Assembly (NCBI GenBank): GCA_951406725.2
Contig: OX597825.1
Location: 18,042,001 to 18,106,000 of the forward strand
DNA: 64,000 nt
DNA from: Octopus vulgaris
Taxonomy: Eukaryota
Direction of reading: 5' to 3'
The notes under the pieces were generated by a model that was given only the letters and a program-made list of their open reading frames with translations, was not told the DNA's origin and ran no database searches. Below, one piece after another: positions 52,479-64,000 of the stretch. Positions within the stretch are counted from its first letter, which is position 1, and the number at the start of each line of letters is the position of its first letter. A program made the position numbers and the translations under genes.

Positions 52479-53348
52479 TTTCCCCTCATACGATCTTCCA
52501 AATTACGGAAAAATTGGTGAACCAATTTTTTTAATCCCATATATTTAAATAAAGAACTTTGATGTGTTGCACTTGTTTCATTTTTAAAGAGAGAGATATA
52601 AAATTACTGTATTTACTGCTGATGCAAAATATACTTCGTTATTTTCAGTTGGTATCAGATCCTATACTCAGAAATTTGCTATTTTGTAATTTAGTTATGT
52701 TTAATAGAGGTTTATGGAGGACGACAATAGACTCTTAGATTCGATTTGTTTTCTGTTATTGTATCATTTAATGTTTTCTAATGCAGTTAAGTATGTGATC
52801 TTAACAGTAACGACATCCACCTGTCATGGTGGATGTTGTTACAGCTTCCGATCTGGTCAATGTCGATCCGTCATGTGTATTGTTAAAACGCGCTTATGCC
52901 AGCGGCATCCATTCTTATCGCTATGCATTTTGTATGCATTTTGAACCCGACTCTGAGTCTACGGATTTTTGATTATAAATAGTTTTGCTGGAAACCTTTT
53001 CTATGACTATATTATCTAATATATCCACGTTTATATAAGAAACTAGGAAAATGTTCTCGGGAACGATAGTTGACTTGTACATTTGAAGATATTTGCCATC
53101 AGAACAGGAACAAGTCAGTGATGAAACTATTTAACCTAAACTAGCAATTACATTTAACAGTCAGACACCCCACCAAACACATAAGTATGCATGAATGTAG
53201 GCATGTATATATGTGTGTATGTTTATATATAAACGTACACACAAAATCTACATATGCATATATACATATGTACACAAACGCACACTTTAACGTACATATA
53301 TTATATACATATATATACTCCTAGATAAAGTGTATGTATATGTTTAAC

Positions 53349-53406
<58 letters not shown>

Positions 53407-53696
53407 ATCAATAAATATAAATCCATAATCATATAGGTATATACATAGAGGTAGGTATATACACATACATACTTTTATACTTATATGTATATGAATACAT
53501 ATCTTTCTTCCTGTATTTATGTCTGCATGTATGTACACACACATAGCAAATATAACTGAAAGCAGGTATAAGTTGTATAGATTTCGTGAGAATAATGCCT
53601 ATGTATACGATTGTAACTATGTTCGCATGTAAATGTATAACTCCCGAACATATACATATGCATATACATACATACATATACACGCACATATATACC

Positions 53697-53730
<34 letters not shown>

Positions 53731-54763
53731 TATGTATGTAGGTATGTATAAGTATATATATATATATATATTGTCCCATGAGTATTTAGATTTGAACTGT
53801 AATTAAAACTTGGCAAGCGAATTTTGGAAATTTACTGTTTAATGTCCGGTCGTGTTTCTATTGTTTCCTTCGTTTAAAGATTTATGATAATTAAATATTT
53901 TGACAATCATTTATTTTATTTCGAAGCAAAACTTGCATTTCTTTGCTGCATCTTTTTGATATATTTATTACGTAATTATTGATTTCTTAAAGTCATTTAT
54001 TATTTATTCATTTATTTATTTATATATTTTAATTATCGAATTTCCCATCTAAAACTATTTTAGCCTCGAGTTTAGAAAAGGATGTGCTCCTAATTATAAG
54101 GAATTTAAAATCAAAAGCTAACTGGAATTATACGCGAAAAAAAGCTAATGATAAACAATAGAAATTAATAAAGAGGATGAAAGCTTTTCAATGCAAATAG
54201 TGATTTAAATAAGGGAAATATCATTAGTTTTCTTAATAATGTACAATTATAATAATTATCAGCACTGTAAGCAGGGCCTCGTCTTTATACACTTAAGAAA
54301 TCACTGATGTTATTTTGTTTAGCAATTTTAATGAGTTAAAAGAATTGCGTACGCAGCATGGTCCTTAAGCATTTTAATTATAATATAAAATACGTGGGTG
54401 TTTTTTAAATACTTAGTCACACGCATGTTTAGGTTTGCTCACACGACATTAAACACGCATGATTTCTATCTATACAGATCTGTAGGAATCTGCAGATCAT
54501 TTCTTAACTGCAGTGGTGAAAAGATGAAATGTTTCAAATTTTGTGTTTGCAGTGAAGGCGCCTAAGTTACTTATATTTTATTTTATCTAGCACCCAAAAT
54601 GCATTAAATGTATACACAATATTAGGCGGCGATCAAGAAACTCCATCATATCTAACATTTAAATAAAGAAATGGCTTTCAATGAAAAATGACAAAAAAAC
54701 ACAAAAGCTAAATTAATCAGTCAATAGTAACACTATTGAGGTGTAAATACTTCGTGGTTAAGA

Positions 54764-55162
54764 TGGCTGTGTGGTGAGTAGCTTGCTAACCAACCACATG
54801 GTTCCGGGTTCAGTCCCACTGCGTGGTACCTTGGGCAAGTGTCTTCTGCTATAGCCCCGGGCCGACCAATGCCTTGTGAGTGGATTTGGTAGACGGAAAC
54901 TGAAAGAAGCCTGTCGTATATATGTATATATATATATGTGTGTGTATGTGTTTGTGTGTCTGTGTTTATCCCCCTAGCATTGCTTGACAACCGATGCTGG
55001 TGTGTTTACATCCCTGTCACTTAGCGGTTCGGCAAAAGAGACCGATATAATAAGTACTGGGCTTACAAAGAATAAGTCCCGGGGTCGATTTGCTCGACGA
55101 AAGGCGCTGCTCCAGCATGGCCGCAGTCAAATGACTGAAAAAAGTAAAAGAGTAAAAGAGTA
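54764..55162 (+). mobile_element. SINE family A, near full length
   Basis: Near-identical to 16170-16575. Confidence 0.93.
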
Positions 55163-55569
55163 ATCCTTTATCAATCTTTTACAGTGTAACTTATCAAAGT
55201 GTGGAACACTGCTTGACGTTTATTACGATAATCAAAATAGAACTTTTTATTTTATAACTAAAAGGAAAGGTATATATATAATTGAGAAACATACACTTTT
55301 GAATGTCATAGTCCACCCGACCTGACAGCAACAAATACATTGAGGGAAACACATTCTAAAAATTCTGTATCGGGAAATATACAATCTATTATCTATTACA
55401 AAGGACAATTTTAAAATGTTTTATATAGTAAAGATCTTCACGATGCATTTCCAGATATTCAGTATTCAATAATTCAACATTCAATATTCATTTTATGATC
55501 AAATAGCATATATATATATATATATATATATATGTATTGTGTGTGTGTGTGTGTGTGTAGATACATTTA

Positions 55570-55635
<66 letters not shown>

Positions 55636-55652
55636 TATATATTTGTATATGC

Positions 55653-55687
<35 letters not shown>

Positions 55688-56621
55688 TATAACAAATATA
55701 TGCGAAACAAGACAACATATGTATCTTATCCATTCCTACGAGAGATACGAGATTTGAAAAGAAATGTTAGTAGTGACGTTAAGAGCAGTATTTTCCCCAC
55801 ATTTTAATGTATATGCACGAAATATTCTCGAATCCAAATGGCTTCTGATATCTCAGAAAATGATAATCTCGATGCAACATTACATATGTATTGTTATTTT
55901 AGAAATAATAATATGATTCTCTTTCAGATCGGAACTTCTGTATTGTTTCAGTTATATGCTGGAATATTCGAAGAGTAAATAGTTCGTTGAAACATCATCG
56001 GAGGAAAATGTGTCACGAGATCGAAAATGAGAAAAAAAAAAATATATATATATATACAAAACACGTGCAGAAATCGATAACAACGCCAGTGATGACGATG
56101 GTGATGATGATGATGATGATGATAAATATTTGAAACTGAATGGCATTAGCAATAAACATCGCTTGTTTTCCTTTACAAGAAATGACAGTTACGAATCGCA
56201 TCCCCTCTACGTGAGCTAAAGAAGTACTTTAAGTGCAGTGAAGCGATGTCTTATAATAAGAAAATGACCGCTATGCAGAACGATTTCTTACCTTAGGCAT
56301 AAAGAGTTTGCACCTATGTTCAATGCATGTTAATGAATATTACTTATACAAATCAAAATACGTGTTTGTGAAGAATTGAATGTAGGTTTCTGTTGGCACA
56401 TGTTATGTTCCACTTTTCGAAGAGAGAAACTTATACAAGGAATTGTGAAGTTATATTGTGGTATGTATTGATTAAAGGCATCATACTTCTTTCGCTGAAA
56501 TTTTACTCAAACAAATTTCAATTAAGCATGATGCAATCAGTATTATGTGCAAGGGAATTCTATTTCACAAATTACTGAAGATTACTGGACCTTATTTCCT
56601 AACATATTTATAACGCTGCAT

Positions 56622-57095
56622 CCCCCAAGTCCATCCCCTCACCGTGGTGGGGACGCTGGCAACGGGTAGTGTCAGAGCTATGTTGTCTGGAATTTCGGTT
56701 CCTGGTAGGGCCACCCAAGGCGGATTGGTCTGACACCGAGGGGTATTAGGTGAAAATCCTCAGAGTGTCTGTTTCGGCAACCGGCGGCTCCTCGGTCGTT
56801 CTGTCCCTGCGTCTGCGGACAATCTGCGGCAAACAGGATGTCTCTACATGCGGGATTGTTGGGGACCGCTTGTGAAATCTACATATGCCCACGAAACTTC
56901 TTCCATGAATTCTCAATGGCGAATACAATGGCTTACGGCCTGCGCTGATGGAACCGTGACTGGCTCGCTATCTCCAGTGAACTGGCGCAGGACCGTCGTG
57001 CCTGGGTTGCCATGGTTCGAGATGCCTCGAGGGTGGTAGAAGAAGCCGACTCAACCCGCCCAGGGTGAATGTCGCCACAAGTACAAGTAAGTAAG
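56622..57095 (+). mobile_element. Short non-autonomous bipartite RTE element (5' UTR fused to 3' end)
   Basis: GC-rich island; RTE-like 5' UTR words (AGAGCTATGTTGTC..CCTGGTAGGGCCACCCAAGGCGG); 3' translation WNRDWLAISSELAQDRRAWVAMVRDA; CAAGTA/AAGT tail; TSD TAACGCT(G/A)CAT at 56611-56621 and 57101-57111. Confidence 0.78.
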
Positions 57096-60000
57096 ATCTG
57101 TAACGCTACATTTCAGTGTGGAATGCATCGATCACCATTACATATGTCTAAAGTTTGTTTATCGTTTCACGAAATTTAGAAGTTAGATGTAGGGTTGGTG
57201 GATTTGGAGTTCCTTTCAAAAATTTATCCGAATTTGCCTTTGCAGCTGAGCACACAATTTACGGCGCATTGCTGTTTGTAACCAAAATTCGACTGAAACA
57301 ACCTGATAACACGTTGTTTTTGTTTTCGTTTATAATTTTGCCACAAAATACGCATGAATTATTTGGCATTGAGTGGCGTAACCCATGGAGTTTTGCAAGC
57401 AAGCTAGACAGAAGTTATACATTATGAAACTCTCTGTTGGATGTCTGTCAATTTATCGATTATCTACGCTGAGACTTTCTTGCACAGTGGTATTTTTTCA
57501 AAATCTATATAACACTTCTTTAGAAGCTTTGAAATATATATTGAATTCTCACACTGAAGAAAAGCAAGTTGAGCTTATGTACCTAAGATATTGACACTTT
57601 TTTATTATTATTTTTACGTTTTCATATGTATGGTTTCAAATATGCCTGCTTTTCCTTTAGGCTAACTTACAATTTATACGTTGATCGTATTTTTAAAAAA
57701 AATACTGTATGGAAACTGGAATCTATTGGCAGTTTAATGCTGAAGCTAACATATTCGTTGTGTGTTGGATAAAAGCAGACAAAAAGTTTTACAATCGATG
57801 ATCGATATATATTTGCTATTAAAGGTTGTTTTATAACAAGAATACAAACCCAAAACAAGAACAGCAGCAACAACAACGGTAAAAATGACAACAACAACTA
57901 CCAGAATTCCGATATGTAAGATAAAAGACATTGGACGGTAGCTCCATTATCTTTTCATGATGCAATATTAATGAAAGTGACATTTTTTATGTTGGCTTTC
58001 AGAGCAATTTTAATAGAAAGATTGAATGTTCAATATTTCATGCTGAGCATATGAATGTTTTCTAGAGACAAAACTATCTCATGGATCTCGGTAAATGTAG
58101 GGCAATTATGTCCGGACATGTTGGTAAATATGTAAGCATAGAATGAATTCATCTCTATCTGTAAGCGAAACAATAGATAATGTTTTAACTCTTGTTCGCT
58201 GGAGTGATGTATTAATATTAAAAATAAAAAAAAATAATAATGAAACATCACAAAACAAATCACTTTCAACATCCATTGGGCGTAGAACATGATTTATCGA
58301 TAGAACTATATGATACGATGTTTGAATCGATGTATATCTCACTCAAAGATACAAATGCCGTAGCTACACGGATATGATGTATATTGCAAGTTGTATTTGT
58401 TTATCGTATTTGTTAGAGTACGGAATTTATGGATAAACTAGTAATAGCCGCTACGTTTATGACATTGAGAAATTGTATCGACAAAAGCGGTTTGGCCGAG
58501 AGATTGTATTTGTTATTGATATCTCATATCCCATTCGACGACGCTTATGATTTGCGGGGAAAAGTAAAAATGACATAACTCTCTCGAAACGTAATGAATA
58601 ATCATGACCACCTTGATGGATATTTGTGACCACAAAATCGAGGCCATTGAAGCCTTATCTCGTTAATGCATGTGAAATAAATACAGACGTTATAGAAACG
58701 ATAGGATGCTGTTATATCTTTATTATGTGGATGGAATTAAACGAAAGTGATAAGAGTGTGATATACGCAACAAGTTAATTTAAGTAAAACGTTGGTGATC
58801 GCTGTTGGCGAAGTTATGCAATGGATGTCGTATTCAATTCTATGAACTTTTCCACACGTACAATAAAATAACTATAATTATAATATGCAAATATTAAAAT
58901 TTATAGTTTGAATGAAATTTTAAAGCCGTACATAATACGACACACATCAATGAAGTACTTGTAGAAATTTCATAGACATGAAGCTTGGAATATTATTGCA
59001 AGACGAGGAATAATTATCATCTCCTTCTTCAAGTTGAGATTCGGTTTTATAGCCTTAGATTTACAAAAGTAGTTCAGATAGACATTTTAATAAGTTGTAC
59101 ATGTTACCTGAATACAGTATTCAACGGGGTACATTGATGACAGAAGTTTCATATATAGACTCATATATCCATAACTATCTTTTCGTCAATATATTTATTT
59201 ATCTATACATACATGAGTGTGTGTGAACCTGTGTGTATGCAAGTAATGGACTTGATTTTGTAAATACGATACATCGTTTAGAGGAAGAGATAGATTTAAT
59301 AAATCGAGAATTTATGTTGTATGGTATTTGATATACCTGTATTTGTGTCTGTTGTTCACATTCACATCACAGATAAATTTGAACTATTTCTCATAGCCTA
59401 ATTCTCTTTGTGTGTTTGAGAGAGTTTGCTTGTGTGTTTGAGAGAGAGATAGTGTGTGTATGTGTGTGTCTGCATTCGTGTGCATGTGTATGTGCATGTG
59501 CGTGTAACGTACAACATACATATACGAGAATCACTAGCCAGAATTATTCTATAATGAAAACAGAAGAATTGGTAAATAGATAACGAATGACTCTGAATAA
59601 GAGCAAGGATATTATTTTAATAATTTCATATATTTTTCCCCTCACTTAATAGTGTTTCTCATGATTCAAAACATGAGCTATTTGGAAATAGAATCCTTGA
59701 AACTTTTCAACGCACATATCTCAGATGTCACCTGGATGTACCTGCTGCCCTACCTAAGTTCAGTGACTCTCAGGTAGAGCATACACCACATAACTACAAA
59801 CCCCAGCATTCCATTTCTGCAGAAACCAGAATCAATGGAAGAGATATACTGTGTTTCATCCGGGGCAGCCCATCTGTTTGCCTCCATATGTCTCCCTGGG
59901 GCCCTATGCAGTCTTATCTAACAGACCCAAAAGTGTGCCGCCCAAGCCGCACCGCACCAATCGACTCTTCCTAGCTACGCTATTGAGTATTGTACATCTC

Positions 60001-60249
60001 AGTTATCGTGTTTCATGCATTTCCTTGACTTTTGTATATTTTAGGCTTTTCTTCTAAGTACCTGCCCCATATTTTCCTCTCAAGATTCAATATATCTTAA
60101 TTCACAGAATGCTTATTGCTTTTATTAAAGCAGACATTTTTACAAGGAATGTTTGCTACCTATACGTTTCCTCTTTTCGAGTACAATATTGTTTAATGTG
60201 ACGGTGGTTTTCTAATTCTGGGGCATTTTTGTCTTAGCACATCTGTAAG

Positions 60250-60420
60250 AATACATGATAAATTTTATCATACCACCAGACACTCACTGAGAAAAATGTT
60301 TTGAATTCTGTCATATCATACTTCAAAAATGTATAATTTGGCACTGATAGAAGCCGATTCAGTCTAGGGTTAGCATGTAAGGTTAGTCATGGATGGATTA
60401 ATAATGTAGACCTCCCATAA
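60250..60420 (-). mobile_element. Possible very decayed LINE endonuclease fragment
   Basis: Only a short minus-strand motif LSVPNYTFLKYD, reminiscent of APE-domain IPGYxFxRxDR; boundaries unknown. Confidence 0.2.
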
Positions 60421-61382
60421 GGAATCCAGTTAGCTTCGACCACACCATTTTCTATAACATACGTCACGCAAGCTTCCTCTGTCCCACTGCATATCTGTAT
60501 TTTGTTCTGCGTTAGGTACAAGATCTTTCTGCTTAACGTTTAATTTCTTTTACTTGCTATAACCATCCATGCAAGAAATGCATTTTTGTGTCTTAGACTC
60601 AACGATTTCCAACGCGCATCACAATTCTTTAATTTCAAGGATCACATCTATTGATCGATCAGCTCTTCTTACTCTCCGTTCTCTTCGTTTGAACACGACT
60701 GTTTTAGTTGCAAAAGCAAACTTTTCCACCGAAATCAGAAACATCATAAGAACAGCGGGATCCTGTTACTTAACTCTCCTCCACAATAATATTAAAACCA
60801 GGTGGAGTTTCGCAGTAGCACTGTACAACCAAACTTCTTTAAAGTATGATGATAGCCGAAACCTCTTACGTAAGCATTTCCTCCGACTCACTTTGATTAT
60901 TTCCCCTCATGCAGATACACGTATCTTTAAACTGAATTCATCGCATGTTAGCATCGTGGTCTGTGCTGCTGGTTATACGCAGACCAGCCAAGGAATTCCG
61001 AAACCAGGTGTTCTAATTTTCTTATGAATATTAAATATTATGAAGCTTCGTTTGCTTCTCTGCAGGACAGAGTAACACTCCTTAGCCTCTACTGTGACAA
61101 ACCCTTGTTACTGAAAATGGAAAGGGTCCTTCTGGACTCTGTCTGCCTCACAAAATGTTTCTGTTCATGCACGTGATATGCGAAAAGTCAAGCAAGTTCT
61201 CAGGTACACAATAATCCAAATCATAAGTGATTAGATGTCAAGGAAGACTTTAAAAGAGGTCAGATTCACCAATGAAATGTATGCTCTCAATGATTTACTC
61301 GAGACTTTTCAAATGTCTGATATATTTTGCCAAGATGGATTTTTGCGACACTAAAAGTGTTACACGCCTACAAGCTCTCTCA

Positions 61383-61429
<47 letters not shown>

Positions 61430-61446
61430 ATGTGTGTGTGTATGTG

Positions 61447-61485
<39 letters not shown>

Positions 61486-62816
61486 TTGTGTTTGTATATA
61501 AAAGGGGGTTGTATTTACACACGGATACACAGACACACAGACAGAGAGACACACACACATGTTTATACATATAAGAAATATTATAGTTCTATTTGCCATT
61601 CATTGCTAAAAAAAGAAAATGATTATCTTCAAAGACATTTCCTTTCTACAGAACTGGCAACTTAAACAAAACGACCAAAAAGAAAAAAAAACAAAAACAA
61701 AGAACAAAAACCAATTCAAAATAAGTTAGTATCAAATCATAATAATAACAAAAGTGCTCTTTCTACTTTAGTTACTTAATGTTTCTAATCAATATAAAAT
61801 CTATTAGAATATGCATTATGAAATTGTACACAATACTACTATACACACAATTGCACGCAAATATATAGTTAATATACCTCCTTATCTCAAATGATAGTCG
61901 CTGGATGGATCGATTTTCTACAGCGCAACAATAACATTGACAGAAATTGGAAATGGAAGCACAGCTAGTAGCTTCCTGTGCATTTTATCAAAATATAGTT
62001 TAGAATTATGCTTTGAAGTATCTAACTCACTTTAAAAATACAATCAGTGTCATTTATATTTCCAACGTAAAAATGGAACGCTGATTATACGTAATAGAAT
62101 ATTAGATTCACATGGTGAAACAAATTGTCTTACATATATATATAAAAATAACCTACACCAAACCTTCAGAATGCTCCTCGCTTTCATTCTGTATAGCGAT
62201 ATCTAACGCATACCGAGTCAGCTACTCCTCACATTCCGCGCGCTCTCATCCGTTCTTCCGCTTTCCTGATATTTATATATGTGTATGCGGAACCAATGAT
62301 TGATTGCGCTTGTGTTTGCGTGCGCATGAGCAAGTGTGTACGTGTATTAGTGCATGAGCAAGTGTGCGCATCAGCAAGTCTGTGCGTGTATGTCTGTGTG
62401 TGCGTGTCCGTGTGTGTGCGTTCATGCGTATGATAGTGTGTTAGTGCTTTTACTTTATCCAGATCTGTTTGATAGCATTCAGCATGTTCGTTAATGTCAA
62501 TGAAGAAGCATGACCATACACATGTAAATACAAAGAAGCCCACACACAGGAATGCATAAACGTATGTGTGGTTGTATAAATGTGTGTGTTTGTGTGTGTG
62601 TGTGTGTGTATGTGTGTGTGTGTATTGCATTTTAGTTTCATGTCAGATAAATCTCCAGGCGTGCTCACCATGTGTTGGAAATAGCGTCTATTTTTAGATG
62701 ACGGCAAAGTATGTTACGTTTAGTACATTCTTTTTCATCCGTCAAATAGAGGGTAAAGCTTAAACATGCAGTTACATGCATATGTGCTTATATACACACA
62801 CATGTACGGACTCACA

Positions 62817-63180
62817 CATGTGGCTAGGTGATCAGAAGCATGCTTTCCAACAACATGGCTGGAGGTTATCTTCTACTATAGCCTCGGCCCGACCAAAGCT
62901 GTGTGGCTGAATTTGGTCGACGGAAACTGAAAGACGCCCCTCATATATATGCATATATATATGTGTGTGTGTATTTGTGCCTGCGCTTTCCCCCCGCCCC
63001 ACAGCTTGACAACCGGTGCTGGTGTGTTTACATCCCCGTAAGAGACCGATAGAATAAGTACCAGGCTTTCAAAGCATAAGTATTGGGGACGATACATCCT
63101 ACTAAAAATTCTTCAAGGTGGTGCCCCAGCATGGTCGTTGTCAATTAATTGAATCATATAACAGAATAAAGACAAAAGAT
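62817..63180 (+). mobile_element. Older SINE family A copy with an internal deletion
   Basis: TCTTCTACTATAGCCTCGG, GACGGAAACTGAAAGA, GCTTGACAACCGGTGCTGGTGTGTTTAC, GGTGCCCCAGCATGG. Confidence 0.85.
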
Positions 63181-63230
63181 TGAGGTCGGTGTGTACTTCA
63201 AGACAGAAAGGGAAACGAATTAGAATATAC

Positions 63231-63398
63231 TATATACGACGGGCTTCTTTCAGTTTCTGTCTACCAAATCCACTCACAAAGCTTTGGTCGGCCCGTGGCT
63301 ATAGTAGAAGACGCTTGCCCAAGGTGCCACGCAGTGGGAATGAACCCGGAACCATGTGGTTGGTAAGCAAGCTACTTACAAATAGCCACTCCAGCGCC
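63231..63398 (-). mobile_element. 5' half of SINE family A
   Basis: Matches 41749-41916. Confidence 0.9.
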
Positions 63399-64000
63399 TT
63401 GTATGCATAGATGCTGAGGAAACACACACCTACACACACACATCCACACACACGGATACATACATACACAACCACACACATACATACATAATAACACAAA
63501 TGTTCACGCATGCCTATGTTAGTAGTGTCAGTTTGCGTACGCCCGCGGGTAAGTGTTTGTGTGAGGTTACGGTCGCATCTGTAGGACGAAGTTAGATTTT
63601 CTTATTCATAAATTACAGTTCAATCAACCAAACCGATTATATATTGTATACTAGTATTTTGTGTAAACTGCCCAGAAAAGATACGCAAGAAATTCGGTTT
63701 TCATGCGATTTGAATTGAGAATCAAGAGATTTGAAAAGTAATACTGCGATGCATTTGGTCAGGCAATTTACCATCTCTGCATCAGCGCCGCCGCCGCTGC
63801 CACCATATTCATAACAGTCAAAGTAAATAAAAGATAAATGATGTTGTTTAGAACACTCTTAGAATATCTGACGTAGTAATTATTTTCTTTTCCATAATTT
63901 AATGAATATTCTTTAGAAATATAATACGGACATTAATATATAGTATTTTATGCTACTTTTTTTTCTTGTAGTTTGTTTGTGATTTTGTCATTTTCCTCTC

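Noticed and set aside
60569-61027. 152-aa plus-strand ORF
   Set aside because: No recognisable family; it lies in a region that looks like decayed retroelement sequence. A BLASTX search would be needed.

Overview
Eukaryotic, AT-rich DNA dense in microsatellites and retroposons, with no recognisable host protein-coding exon, so probably intronic or intergenic. The SINE families and (TA)n density resemble an octopus (coleoid cephalopod) genome; this is inference from memory, not a database result. Bases 1-7584 are a 51-bp tandem satellite (about 148 units, one 100-N gap) with local higher-order periods. The remainder holds many copies of at least four tRNA-headed SINE families, some with clear target-site duplications (TSDs). 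It also holds decayed non-LTR retrotransposon ends (R4/Dong-like, RTE, CR1-group), a Tigger/pogo transposase fossil, mariner-type MITE pieces and many simple repeats. The most notable signals are four. (i) A type I hammerhead-ribozyme motif sits in the loop of a perfect 57-bp inverted repeat (43354-43572). (ii) A second family of about 200-bp (TA)n-embedded elements carries minimal hammerhead-like motifs with a conserved helix II. (iii) A CR1-group LINE 3' end shares a covarying stem-loop with the commonest SINE. (iv) There is a short bipartite non-autonomous RTE with a TSD. Nearly all ORF-track entries are repeat artefacts. SINE family letters A-D are my own labels.
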